42,472 bases of DNA from Pseudomonadota bacterium (GTDB lineage: Bacteria > Myxococcota_A > UBA9042 > GCA-2863065): NCBI GenBank assembly GCA_002863065.1, contig PKDL01000144.1, forward strand, positions 1-42,472. The letters are read 5' to 3'. The notes under the pieces were generated by a model, which was not told where the DNA came from, ran no database searches, and worked only from the letters and a program-made list of their open reading frames with translations. A program made the position numbers and the translations under genes. This document shows, piece after piece, positions 8,979-18,674 of this stretch. Numbering within the stretch: position 1 is the stretch's first letter; each line of letters starts with the position of its first letter.

Positions 8979-11537
8979 ATGACCAAGCGGATGTTAATCT
9001 CGGTCGATGAGGAAGAAAGCCGGGTTGCAATTATCGACTCTCGGCGACTCGAAAATTTAGAAATTGAAGCCAAAGGCGGTGAAGGCCGCCGCGGAAATAT
9101 CTACAAAGGGGTGGTTCATAAAGTAGAGCCTAGCCTTCAAGCGGCATTCATTGACTTCGGGGAAGAAAAACAGGGGTTCCTGCCACTTTCAGAGGTGCAT
9201 CGCCGTTTGTGGCCAAAAGGTATTACTGACAAACGACCAGACATCAGCTTGCTTCTCAAGGAAAAGCAGGAGCTGATGGTGCAGGTTGTGAAGGACGAAA
9301 TCGGTACGAAGGGTGCGACCCTTACTACCTTCGTGTCGTTGCCGTCGCGTTACCTCATCCTCATGCCTGAGAGCGACAAATCGGGCATCAGCCGGCGTCT
9401 CGGCGATACTGAACGCCGCCGACTCAAGGAAGTCATAGCTGCTATTAGTGTGCCTGATGGCTTTGGGGTCATTATTCGAACTGCGGGTCAGCAGCAGCGT
9501 CCGATGGAGCTAAAAAAAGATCTGCTGTATCTGACGAAACTTTATGAGTCGATTGAGTCCAACTTCTCTCGTCGGCAGGGTGCTGGTCTCATTTACAAAG
9601 ACCGGTCTCACGCTGTGCGATTCATTCGGGATTATTTTACGGATGATGTTGATGAGATCTGGTGCAACAACCGTAGCACGCTCAAAGAGATAGGTGACTT
9701 CATGAGTGTTCTCATGCCGGTCGCGCGTCAGACCTTGCGCCTATACGAGGGCACTGCACCACTCTTTGTAAAATTCGCAGTGGAAGACCAGGTTGAAAGC
9801 GTGTTTGCTCGCGAGGTGCCGTTACCAAACGGTGGATCGATCGTGATCGATCAAACCGAGGCGCTCGTTGCGGTTGATGTCAACTCAGGAAAGGTCAAGG
9901 GACAAGATATTGAGGAAACCGCCCTCAAAACTAACCTTGAAGCAGCACATGAAGTGGCCCGCCAGGTGAAAATTCGCGACATGGGTGGATTGATAGTGGT
10001 GGACTTCATCGACATGCGTGAACGAAAGAATGTTCGCCACGTCGAGACTGAGTTGCGGAAAGCTTTCACGGACGACAAGTCGAAAATCAAATTCGGCCGA
10101 ATCAGCCAATTTGGCTTGATGGAGCTTTCGCGACAGCGCCTTCGAAAAAGTTTGATGACCCAGATCACTCGGCGTTGTGAAGCCTGCGATGGCACTGGAC
10201 AAGTACGAGCGCCCGCATCTGCCGGTCTATCCTTGTTACGTCGTATCGAGGAAGCATGTCTGCGTGGGAACGTGAAGTATATTCGCGCGACAACATCGGT
10301 AGGAATAGCAAACCTTCTGCTCAACCGTCGTCGCGGCGAGCTGAGCGCAGTTGAGCAAAAGATGGGAACAATCGTAGAGGTTGTAGGCCACAAAGACATG
10401 CCAGCAAACTTGGTAGCTCTTGATGTGGTCGTACTGCGGGGTGGCCGCTCTGCGCCACAGCGCATATATCAGCTTCTGGACTTGATTCGGAATAAAGTCA
10501 TCCGGAAGGATACGAGCCCGCTACCCCGACCGGAAGAAGGCCTCGAGAAGCTAGAGCTAGACCACGGTGCTATCTATCGCATGATTGCCGCACGTGATGA
10601 AGAGATGGCGAAAGCAGAGGAGCTTTCGACGGACTTCGAATTTTCGCCTCAGGAACCGGACTTGGAATCGGATGAAGCATCTGAAGAGTCAGACGCTACT
10701 AATAAGCGGCGTAGGCGTCGCCGCCGGCGTCGAAAAAAGTCAGACGCCGACTATGGAGATGGTGGCGACAGTCAAGTGTCCGTGAGGGGGGCTGATGCTG
10801 GCGATGATAATGATGCGGCCACCGATGATGAGGACGGCGACTCTGAACATGAGCTATCTCCTGAAGAAAAAGAGGAGATGGCGCGCCAAGACGAGCGCCG
10901 ACGAGGTGGCTTTGTCGGTTGGATGAAGCGGATCTTTGGTGGTGAGGGTGACGATGCGCAGCCGGACTACACCGACGTCTCTGATGCTGCTATTGGCGCA
11001 ATAGAGCCTCCTGCGACTTCATCGGACGACAGCGATGTCGCAAGTACTGAGGTGGAATCCGTATCAACAAAGGCGTCAGCTGAGGAGGGTACACCGTCGG
11101 AAGACTCATCGGCGAATAGCGGGGAGGAACAGGTTGATGGAGAAAAGCGCCGTCGCCGTCGCCGTCGTCGTCGCCGTAAGCCAGCGGGCCCGAAAACTTC
11201 CGCTGACACCGATGCAGACAATGCATCGGATACTGACATCGCAGCAGCAGACTCTGCTGAGGCGAGCTCAGTCGAAGACAATGTTCGGAGGCCAGCGGAA
11301 GGTAAATCAACGGATGCTGCGCAAGAATCGAAGGCAGCTCGCCCGCGACGTAAACCACGTCGTACGCCGAAGTCGAGGGCTGTCAAACCCGCAGAATCGG
11401 AGGCAGATGCGTTGGCTCGTGACGCTGCGCGGGCAGTAGCTGCGTTGGAGTCGGCCGCAAGCGCATCGGGGAAAAGTCAACCGTCTGAACCGGCTGCCGC
11501 CGAACCACCTCCGATCCCGACAGACTCAGAGGGGTAG
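8979..11537 (+). CDS. rne: Ribonuclease E (Rne/Rng family) with a long disordered C terminus
   Basis: GNIYKG, SLQAAFIDFG, GFLPLSE, IDQTEALVAVDVNSG, GGLIVVDFIDM, ISQFGLMELSRQR and CEACDGTG (Zn link); AAGGAG RBS. Confidence 0.93.
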   Translation: MTKRMLISVDEEESRVAIIDSRRLENLEIEAKGGEGRRGNIYKGVVHKVEPSLQAAFIDFGEEKQGFLPLSEVHRRLWPKGITDKRPDISLLLKEKQELMVQVVKDEIGTKGATLTTFVSLPSRYLILMPESDKSGISRRLGDTERRRLKEVIAAISVPDGFGVIIRTAGQQQRPMELKKDLLYLTKLYESIESNFSRRQGAGLIYKDRSHAVRFIRDYFTDDVDEIWCNNRSTLKEIGDFMSVLMPVARQTLRLYEGTAPLFVKFAVEDQVESVFAREVPLPNGGSIVIDQTEALVAVDVNSGKVKGQDIEETALKTNLEAAHEVARQVKIRDMGGLIVVDFIDMRERKNVRHVETELRKAFTDDKSKIKFGRISQFGLMELSRQRLRKSLMTQITRRCEACDGTGQVRAPASAGLSLLRRIEEACLRGNVKYIRATTSVGIANLLLNRRRGELSAVEQKMGTIVEVVGHKDMPANLVALDVVVLRGGRSAPQRIYQLLDLIRNKVIRKDTSPLPRPEEGLEKLELDHGAIYRMIAARDEEMAKAEELSTDFEFSPQEPDLESDEASEESDATNKRRRRRRRRRKKSDADYGDGGDSQVSVRGADAGDDNDAATDDEDGDSEHELSPEEKEEMARQDERRRGGFVGWMKRIFGGEGDDAQPDYTDVSDAAIGAIEPPATSSDDSDVASTEVESVSTKASAEEGTPSEDSSANSGEEQVDGEKRRRRRRRRRRKPAGPKTSADTDADNASDTDIAAADSAEASSVEDNVRRPAEGKSTDAAQESKAARPRRKPRRTPKSRAVKPAESEADALARDAARAVAALESAASASGKSQPSEPAAAEPPPIPTDSEG

Positions 11538-11630
11538 GAAGAATTGGCGCTAATGGAGTCGCACCGGCGTTGACGGTACTGGGTGATGCTCCTAACATCC
11601 CCCAGCGGGTGGAGTTCGGCAGGAGGAGAT

Positions 11631-12383
11631 ATGGGACGTTTATTTCGAATCATCAAAGGCTGGTTTCTGCGACTGATTGGTAGTGCGGAAGACGCTAATC
11701 CTCGCGCGATACTCGAGGCTGAAATCGCCGATTTTCATAAGGCGAGCGCGCAGTATAATCAGAATCTTGCAAAGCAAGCTGGCATGATCGAACGCCTGAA
11801 AGGGCAGATTGCGTCAGAGGGCAAGAAGCTTGAGATGCTAACTGCACGTGCTACGGCGGCGTTCAAGGCCGGTAATACGGAGAAGGCTGGGCAAATGGCG
11901 TTGCAGATAAAAGAGGTCACTCGAGAGCTGGAGGAAAATAAGAGCCAGCTTCTCGAGGCCGAAGATATCTACCAAAACCTGATGCGCCAGCGTGAGGTGT
12001 ATACCAAGGAAGCTCGGGCGCGCATCGACAAGATCAAATCGAAAATATCCCGTGTGGAGATGGCGGAAGCACAGGCTAAGCTGACCGAAGCAATGACTGA
12101 TGCGAATTTCAACTCAGACGGGACGGGACTCTCCAGCTTGGAAGATAAGTTGGATGAGCGAATCGCAAATGCTCAGGGTAAGGTGCGTGTCGCTACTGAG
12201 ATGTCTGAGCTTTCGGACTTTAGTGTGACGGAGGCAGAGCAAAGCGCCCTCGAACAGCAAGCACTGGCCGAGTTTGCAGCCCAGATGGGCTTGGCCGCTG
12301 CTTCACCGCCGGTAGATGCGGCGCCACCCGCCCGGGAATTGGGACCTGCTGAGCCAGAGCAAGCCGACGAGGTTGGTGCGTAG
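11631..12383 (+). CDS. pspA: PspA/IM30 (Vipp1, ESCRT-III superfamily) protein
   Basis: N-terminal amphipathic helix MGRLFRIIKGW, AEDANPRAILE, long coiled coil and LEDKLDE. AGGAGG RBS before ATG 11631. Confidence 0.82.
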   Translation: MGRLFRIIKGWFLRLIGSAEDANPRAILEAEIADFHKASAQYNQNLAKQAGMIERLKGQIASEGKKLEMLTARATAAFKAGNTEKAGQMALQIKEVTRELEENKSQLLEAEDIYQNLMRQREVYTKEARARIDKIKSKISRVEMAEAQAKLTEAMTDANFNSDGTGLSSLEDKLDERIANAQGKVRVATEMSELSDFSVTEAEQSALEQQALAEFAAQMGLAAASPPVDAAPPARELGPAEPEQADEVGA

Positions 12384-12469
12384 TCGTCAGAGGTTGGGTT
12401 ACCCCGCAAACGTTGCAGCTACCGCAGAACATTGGGCTTGTTCCTTACATTTTCTGCTCACGGAGTCCC

Positions 12470-14230
12470 ATGGCAAACCTTAACCTCCCTGCGTGGGCTG
12501 CTGAAATGCGGTCCAACTTCCGTGCGGGTTCTGTATCTCAATTCATTCTTCATGGCGCAGTTCGCGACCTCGTACCGTACATAACGCATAAGGATGGAAC
12601 ACGGTTTTTGGGGCTCGAGTCGTTTCTCGACGAGGTAATGTTGGGGCGCTTTGACCTCGTTGTACATTACGACCGGGGTAAGGGGATCCGCGCCTCGCGC
12701 GGTCACGATATACTGCTGCGATTTTTGAAGAGTTATGATGTGTGGAACGGGACGCAGTACGGAAAGTCTCCCGCTGCTATTCCGCGACAGCCCGATGTTG
12801 CTCTTGGGCTATTGGGTCGGCTAGTTGATTGGTGTTTGGCACAGACACAGGTGGTCGATAATGAAGCGATTCGAAGGCCCATTTCAGTGGCTCTCGTTCT
12901 CGACTATGCACAATTCTTAGCACCTCGTGGAGATAGCCTGCGGGTATCTAGTCAGCATGCGGAGGCAGTCATACGACTTCAGGACTGGTCGTCTGATCCC
13001 CGGTTGCTATCGGCCCATGCACTCACGGTGCTGCTGACAGAGAGTCTCTCCGACCTACACCCCACGGTGTCTTCGAACCCGTATTCAGCAAAGATTGAAT
13101 TGCGGCTCCCTTCAGAGTCAGAGCTCACTCACTTTGTTCGGTCCCTACTGGAGAACGAGCCAGAGCTCAGATCCTGTCTTGGGCTTGAGCCTGAATTACT
13201 TGCTCGGCGATGCTCTGGCTTATCCCGGGTCAACGTTCGTAATGCGATTTATTTTGCTGCCCGCAACGACCTACGTGTTGATCCGGAATATCTGGCCGCC
13301 CAGCGGCGGGAGTTGATTGAGAAGGAATGTCGAGGCTTACTCGATTTCATTGAGTCGGATTTCACACTCGATTCAGTGGCGGGTCATACGCAGGCGACGG
13401 GTTGGCTTCGAGAAGACGCTAGACTTCTGAAAAAAGGTGCACTTCGATCGATTCCGATGGGATATCTTCTCTGTGGTCGGATAGGCACCGGTAAGACCTT
13501 TCTTACGACATGCTGGGCGGGAGAGATCGGTATCCCATGTGTCGTGTTGAAAAACTTTCGCGATAAGTGGCAAGGGTCAACCGAAGGGAATCTAGAGAAG
13601 ATTTTCGCAATACTGAAGGCGCTAGGTCAGGTTCTGGTATTCGTTGATGAAGCGGACCAGGCGACAGGACAGCGCGATGGTGGTGGAAGCGATAATGGTG
13701 TGTCTGGCCGTGTGTACGGCATGCTCGCAAAGCAGATGTCCGATACGCGGAATCGGGGGCGCATCATATGGGTCTTCGCTACCAGTCGGCCGGATCTCGT
13801 GGAGGTGGATCTGAAGCGACCTGGGCGCTTGGATGTACACATCCCCTTATTTCCACCACAAGGATCAGAGGAGAGACAGGCGTTATTTCGCGCGATGGCG
13901 AAAAAAGTCGGGGTCGATCACCGTAGTCTTCCGGAATTACCCGATCATCTCGACGTCGGTGGAAATGAGATGGAAGCCATCTTGGTACGTGGTCGCCGGC
14001 TTTTTGACTTACAGACCGGGCGTACGAAAAAGCATAGCCAGAAACGAATACTTGAGGACGTTATTGCCGAATTTCGCCCCATGGCTCATACAGACCGCCT
14101 CGACTTCATGGACCTGCTTGCGGTGAAGGAATGTACTGATTCACGCTTCTTGCCTGAGCGATTCCGTGAGCTAACGCTCGATGAGGTCAACCAGCGTTTA
14201 GATACCCTGAAGCTCACCATTGGCGAGTAG
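12470..14230 (+). CDS. AAA+ ATPase with a degenerate N-terminal AAA domain and an intact C-terminal AAA domain
   Basis: Walker A GRIGTGKT, pore loop KWQGSTE, Walker B VFVDEAD, sensor ATSRP and Arg finger LKRPGRLD; N-terminal Walker-B-like LVLDYA. GGAG RBS before ATG 12470. Confidence 0.88.
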   Translation: MANLNLPAWAAEMRSNFRAGSVSQFILHGAVRDLVPYITHKDGTRFLGLESFLDEVMLGRFDLVVHYDRGKGIRASRGHDILLRFLKSYDVWNGTQYGKSPAAIPRQPDVALGLLGRLVDWCLAQTQVVDNEAIRRPISVALVLDYAQFLAPRGDSLRVSSQHAEAVIRLQDWSSDPRLLSAHALTVLLTESLSDLHPTVSSNPYSAKIELRLPSESELTHFVRSLLENEPELRSCLGLEPELLARRCSGLSRVNVRNAIYFAARNDLRVDPEYLAAQRRELIEKECRGLLDFIESDFTLDSVAGHTQATGWLREDARLLKKGALRSIPMGYLLCGRIGTGKTFLTTCWAGEIGIPCVVLKNFRDKWQGSTEGNLEKIFAILKALGQVLVFVDEADQATGQRDGGGSDNGVSGRVYGMLAKQMSDTRNRGRIIWVFATSRPDLVEVDLKRPGRLDVHIPLFPPQGSEERQALFRAMAKKVGVDHRSLPELPDHLDVGGNEMEAILVRGRRLFDLQTGRTKKHSQKRILEDVIAEFRPMAHTDRLDFMDLLAVKECTDSRFLPERFRELTLDEVNQRLDTLKLTIGE

Positions 14231-14265
14231 AGCACGCACCATAATGCGATCTGTGACCTATTTGT

Positions 14266-15978
14266 TCATGTGTCTGATGCTTTCTGTCGCACGAAGTACG
14301 GTCCTAAAATTAAATGGTCCAGACCGCTAGCTGTGAAGGCGCGGAGCGCATCATCTGGGGTACATACGATGGGCTCACCATGCATGTTGAAGCTTGTGTT
14401 TATGACGGTCGGGGTTCCGGTTAGCTCATGGTATCTGCGGATGATGTCGTAATACCCAGGGTTATCTTCTCGATGGATCACCTGCGGTCTCGCCGTACCG
14501 TCGAGATGCACAATCCCTGGTGACCGCTTTCTCACCGCTTCCGTTACCTCAAATGTGACTGTCATATATCGCCAGGCAAGTTCTCCGCCTTCGTAGTTCC
14601 GGTAGCATTCGGCAGCGTGTTCGCTAAGGGTGACCGGTGCGAAAGGCATGAACTCCGTCCGCCTTAGCCGCTTATTTAGCCAGTCGTTTACCGAACGGTC
14701 GTCTGTGGGGTACATAATCGTCCGATTTCCAAGGGCACGTGGCCCGTACTCAAGTCGTCCATCATATCGTGCGATTACTTTGCGTTCAGCAAGGGCCTTC
14801 GCCGCCGTATCCGGCATGCTTTCCGGCCTTTCATACGGGAGTCCATGGGCTTCAAGCGCCAATCCTATTTCTTCTTCCGTATAGCTCGGGCCGAGAAAGA
14901 CCGTGTGTAGTGGTTCGTTTGTGACGCCGCCTTCTCGTTCAGCAAGGTGTGCCAAGCCTGCTCCCATGCTGATGCCCTGGTCGTTCATCGCTGGGTGAAC
15001 GTAAATGCGCGACACCTCGGGAAGCTGTAGGATTTTTTGATTGAGAACGACGTTTGCGAAGCAACCGCCAGCCATGACTACGGTCGACCGACCCGTTTCG
15101 CGAACTGCGTGCCGCACGTAATCAACGAGAACATCTTCAAATCGCTTCTGAGCTGCTGCTGCTACATCCGCGGGCTTCATTTTGGACAAGGTATCGAACG
15201 GTGCACGTCGTCGGTTTCGCCACATGAGGTCGGGACAGCGAAACTTCGTTTTTGACTCATCCAGCGAAAAGATCTGCTCCATGTATGGGTAGGCGAGATT
15301 GGGGTCGCCATACGCGGCTAACCCGGTGACTTTTCCAGCGTTCAGGTTATGAAAACCAAGTAATTGTGCCACCTCACCGTAGAATTGACCGGGCGAGTGA
15401 CGTGCGGAACTCCCGTATTGAAAGATGCACCGGCCATTCACGCAGTCGAACACCTTAGAGGACCAGCCATCTCCCATATTATCGGCAGTTACGGCCACGG
15501 CATCTGAATATCCGGACGTGAGATAGGCGGAGTATGCATGCGCGGTGTGGTGGTCGACAAAATCTGCTAGCTGCGGAAACTTACGCTTGAGCATCGCTCG
15601 GGAGAGCCCACGTGCCGCTTTGTGCATCGCGCCGCCCTGGCTCAAGGTATGTTGAAAGTAGAGCCAAGCCTTGTGGCGTGCACCGAAATAGTCGTGTTCT
15701 CCGTCCGGTAGTAACGTCCCAGCGATTCGTGGCAAGAAGTGGGTTTCATTCGCGGGTAGAACGGTAGTGATATCCTTAAGCTGAATTCCGGCCCATTCGA
15801 GCGCGGCATCGATAGCCATGCGTGGAAACCCGCCGGCATACTTAACACGACTAAGTCGTCCTTCAGCCACTGCGAAAACCGGCACCCCATCGCGAAATAA
15901 GGTCGCGTTGGCATTCGAGTCTTCATGAATGCTTAGGAGCCAGTTGTGGCGTCCAGCTTCGTGCGTCTGCGTTTCCAT
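14266..15978 (-). CDS. NodU/CmcH/TobZ-family O-carbamoyltransferase (copy 1)
   Basis: HHTAH, GKVTGLAAYG, MAGGCFANV, EYGPRALGNR, PFAP, VHLDGTARPQ and NTSFNMHGEPIV. Likely start is ATG 15978; the longer track start overlaps another gene. Confidence 0.9.
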   Translation of the reverse strand: METQTHEAGRHNWLLSIHEDSNANATLFRDGVPVFAVAEGRLSRVKYAGGFPRMAIDAALEWAGIQLKDITTVLPANETHFLPRIAGTLLPDGEHDYFGARHKAWLYFQHTLSQGGAMHKAARGLSRAMLKRKFPQLADFVDHHTAHAYSAYLTSGYSDAVAVTADNMGDGWSSKVFDCVNGRCIFQYGSSARHSPGQFYGEVAQLLGFHNLNAGKVTGLAAYGDPNLAYPYMEQIFSLDESKTKFRCPDLMWRNRRRAPFDTLSKMKPADVAAAAQKRFEDVLVDYVRHAVRETGRSTVVMAGGCFANVVLNQKILQLPEVSRIYVHPAMNDQGISMGAGLAHLAEREGGVTNEPLHTVFLGPSYTEEEIGLALEAHGLPYERPESMPDTAAKALAERKVIARYDGRLEYGPRALGNRTIMYPTDDRSVNDWLNKRLRRTEFMPFAPVTLSEHAAECYRNYEGGELAWRYMTVTFEVTEAVRKRSPGIVHLDGTARPQVIHREDNPGYYDIIRRYHELTGTPTVINTSFNMHGEPIVCTPDDALRAFTASGLDHLILGPYFVRQKASDT

Positions 15979-16226
15979 AAGATGCCTCCCGCAATCGCGA
16001 GCACCACAGTTCCCTGAATTAAGATGAAGGTCGCACTGATATGGGTTCGGACTAAAACAGCCAATGAAAATGCAAGCAGGGGAAGGGTAAAGACCCCTAT
16101 CGCGGTGCCTAACGTCACTGTTAGCAGCCATTCATCTGACTGAAGCCAAACGCACGCGAGCGCTATGCCGGGTAGCACAATGGCGTAGAGGAACAGCGCA
16201 ATATCGGCGATTAGTATTCCAGTCAC
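15933..16226 (-). CDS. Small membrane protein with 3 TM segments
   Basis: 97 aa, almost entirely hydrophobic, with LPG; overlaps the start of the carbamoyltransferase gene. Confidence 0.65.
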   Translation of the reverse strand: MTGILIADIALFLYAIVLPGIALACVWLQSDEWLLTVTLGTAIGVFTLPLLAFSLAVLVRTHISATFILIQGTVVLAIAGGILWKRRRTKLDATTGS

Positions 16227-16350
16227 GGGTCAATCCTAGCAGGATGCAACGTCGCCGTCAGTCGATGTACGCCAGCATTTGGTTGAGTTGACGTGAGCCA
16301 TAAACCATCGGCAACCTCCCGTGGTAGTCTCCCATTTTGAGGAGTGCGTC

Positions 16351-17025
16351 TTGCAAGTGTCAGTTGTTATCGCAGCCCATAATGAGGCTCAGACCATCGG
16401 CGGTGTCATTGAAGGGTGCATTGCGGTGCTTGGAGAACAGCTGCATGAACTGATTGTAGTGGACGATGGGTCTACAGACGAAACGTACCTCGAGGCACGC
16501 TGCCGTGGAGCCCGTGTCATACGCTTGGTTCCTAATCGAGGCAAGGGAGTGGCCCTTCGCCGCGGTATCGAACAATCCACAGGCGATTGGCTCGTATTTC
16601 TGGATGCCGATGGCCAAGATGATCCGGCAGAGATTCCCAAATTACTGGATCAAGCGGGTCCTGACGTTGCCTTAGTCAACGGGTCGCGCTTTACTGGGAC
16701 ACTGAATCAGGGGGCGATTAGTCGGCCGAATTATATCGGTAACCTGCTTATGACGGGATTACTCGACCTAGCCTTCCGTGCTCGAATTACGGATAGCCAG
16801 GCGGGGTTCCGAGCGATACGGGGAGACATCGCTCGGAACCTGAAATTGGTGTCTAAAGAGTATGAGATAGAGACGGAAATGCTTGCGCAAATTCTTCGTG
16901 CTGGTCATCGGATAGTCGAAGTGCCAGTGAATCGATATGCACGTGCAGCGGGTCGAACGGACTTTCGTCGCATCCGAAATGGCATGAGGATTCTGTGGAC
17001 CATCGGTCGTCAGAGGATGTTGTGA
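16351..17025 (+). CDS. GT2 glycosyltransferase (DPM/DPG synthase-like)
   Basis: [45 protein letters not shown] and YEIETE; GAGGAG RBS before TTG 16351. Confidence 0.9.
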   Translation: MQVSVVIAAHNEAQTIGGVIEGCIAVLGEQLHELIVVDDGSTDETYLEARCRGARVIRLVPNRGKGVALRRGIEQSTGDWLVFLDADGQDDPAEIPKLLDQAGPDVALVNGSRFTGTLNQGAISRPNYIGNLLMTGLLDLAFRARITDSQAGFRAIRGDIARNLKLVSKEYEIETEMLAQILRAGHRIVEVPVNRYARAAGRTDFRRIRNGMRILWTIGRQRML

Positions 17026-18638
17026 GAGCTGACCGTCGATTTACTTGGGTCTTTTCCGTTGTACTGGTCGTGACCAGCCTTGCTGCACTGTTTCGTTATG
17101 ACGGTCCGGCGGAAGGTTACTGGGATACATATATTACCGCCCCAGCAATGCACATGAATAAGCAGCTGGTCGACTTTCGAACAAAGAACGGTGAGTCTGC
17201 ATACTTGGACGTGGAGCTTCGTGGAGTGTTACCGGATGACTTGATTGACATTCGGGATGGTGATGCAGCAGCAAAAGCGAAGACAACGAAAGATAATCAA
17301 GGTGCACATGTGCCGCGAGGGTTCGGTGTAATTACCAAAGATCAGCGCCTTATTCCCGGTGTAGTGGCGAGCGCAGAGTACGCTTTTTTTGGGCAGCTAG
17401 GATTCCGAATACTCTTCGCGATTACGGTCGGATTACTGATCCCATTGTGCGTGTTACTGTACCGAGAGGTGGTGCCAGGTCATGACTGGGCAGGGCTATT
17501 TGGTGGAGTAGTACTCGCCTGGAATCCCTATATGCTCAGCGTCGATCGTATGAATGCGAATCTCTTCGTATTTCCCCTAATGCTTGGCACCCTTCTATTG
17601 ATGTTTCGCTTAGATCGGCGGAGCAACGCGACATGGCGAGATATTGTTCCGTTAGGTATTGCCTTCGGAACGGTCGCTGCGCTTCGAAATGAAGCAATAT
17701 GCTTTGTCCCGGCAGTAAGTTATTACATGCTCTACGGTCGGCGAAACGGACCGAACTTTTCACGCCGATTTGTCGAATTGGTGGCGGTTGGTGCGCTCAC
17801 AGTATTCGTGATGCTCCCGGATTTTGCTTGGAAGCAATGGGCTTTCGGTAACGCTCTTATGCATCCGAGTCAGTTCAATCATTTTCATGGGTGGCGTCCG
17901 ACGTTTCCTCACCGAGTTCTAGGGGACTTCAACGGTCTGTTCAACTGGCCTTTCCATACCGATTTCATCCGTACGCCGCATTTTGGATACCCCACGTATT
18001 TCCTGTTCTTCATGGTTACGGCACGCGCTCTCGGTACCGGCCTGTCGGCGCTATCGCTCATCGGTCTTGTATGGCTCGGTAAACACAAGCGGACGATAGC
18101 CGTTACGTCAGTTCTCTGGTCAACCCCAGTCTATCTATTATTTGGGCCTCAAGAGAATTGGGAAGAGGTCAAAATGACCTTCATGTTGTTGGCTTGGGCC
18201 CCAATACCATTGCTGCTGTCTGCAGGCTTCACCTGGGCGACTAGTACAAAGTGGACTCTTCCTCGGAAGGTCCTCGTCTGGGCTGCTGTAGTGTTGACAG
18301 TTGTGGTCTTTATCAGAGCTCTAGGCGCTATTGATGTACCACAGGACGCTCGCTGGTATCATCGGTTCCCCAAAGCGGACAAAACACTAAATAGTGAAGC
18401 GCGTGCTGGTTTAGATGAGAGTGAACGCAACGATTGGACCTATTTTCAAAGTTACGAGACGCCCGAGGAGATCACCCGGGAGCGCAACAAGCTCACGGCG
18501 ACATTGCCGTGGCCTGCGCAATACCTTCCCTTATCTTGGGACGCGGTTCGCGAGTGGTCGGAAATGCAAGAGGAGTACGGAAAACGAGAGCTCGTCGTAC
18601 TCGAGATATGGGGATACATCTATGGTTCACGGAAATAG
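17022..18638 (+). CDS. Polytopic membrane protein, probable GT-C glycosyltransferase
   Basis: First TM followed by an acidic periplasmic motif (EGYWDTYI), then about 10 more TM segments; GTGA start/stop overlap with the GT2 gene. Confidence 0.62.
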   Translation: MRADRRFTWVFSVVLVVTSLAALFRYDGPAEGYWDTYITAPAMHMNKQLVDFRTKNGESAYLDVELRGVLPDDLIDIRDGDAAAKAKTTKDNQGAHVPRGFGVITKDQRLIPGVVASAEYAFFGQLGFRILFAITVGLLIPLCVLLYREVVPGHDWAGLFGGVVLAWNPYMLSVDRMNANLFVFPLMLGTLLLMFRLDRRSNATWRDIVPLGIAFGTVAALRNEAICFVPAVSYYMLYGRRNGPNFSRRFVELVAVGALTVFVMLPDFAWKQWAFGNALMHPSQFNHFHGWRPTFPHRVLGDFNGLFNWPFHTDFIRTPHFGYPTYFLFFMVTARALGTGLSALSLIGLVWLGKHKRTIAVTSVLWSTPVYLLFGPQENWEEVKMTFMLLAWAPIPLLLSAGFTWATSTKWTLPRKVLVWAAVVLTVVVFIRALGAIDVPQDARWYHRFPKADKTLNSEARAGLDESERNDWTYFQSYETPEEITRERNKLTATLPWPAQYLPLSWDAVREWSEMQEEYGKRELVVLEIWGYIYGSRK

Positions 18639-18674
18639 TATGCTTGTGTGTCTCGCCTCGCCGGTGCCCGTCGT

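Noticed and set aside
11545-11559. Possible sigma54 site upstream of pspA (TGGCGCTAATGGAGT)
   Set aside because: Poor match at -12 and only a partial match at -24.
15979-16131. N-terminal 51-aa extension of the 621-aa carbamoyltransferase ORF
   Set aside because: It overlaps the 97-aa membrane protein gene in another frame; family similarity starts only after Met at 15978.
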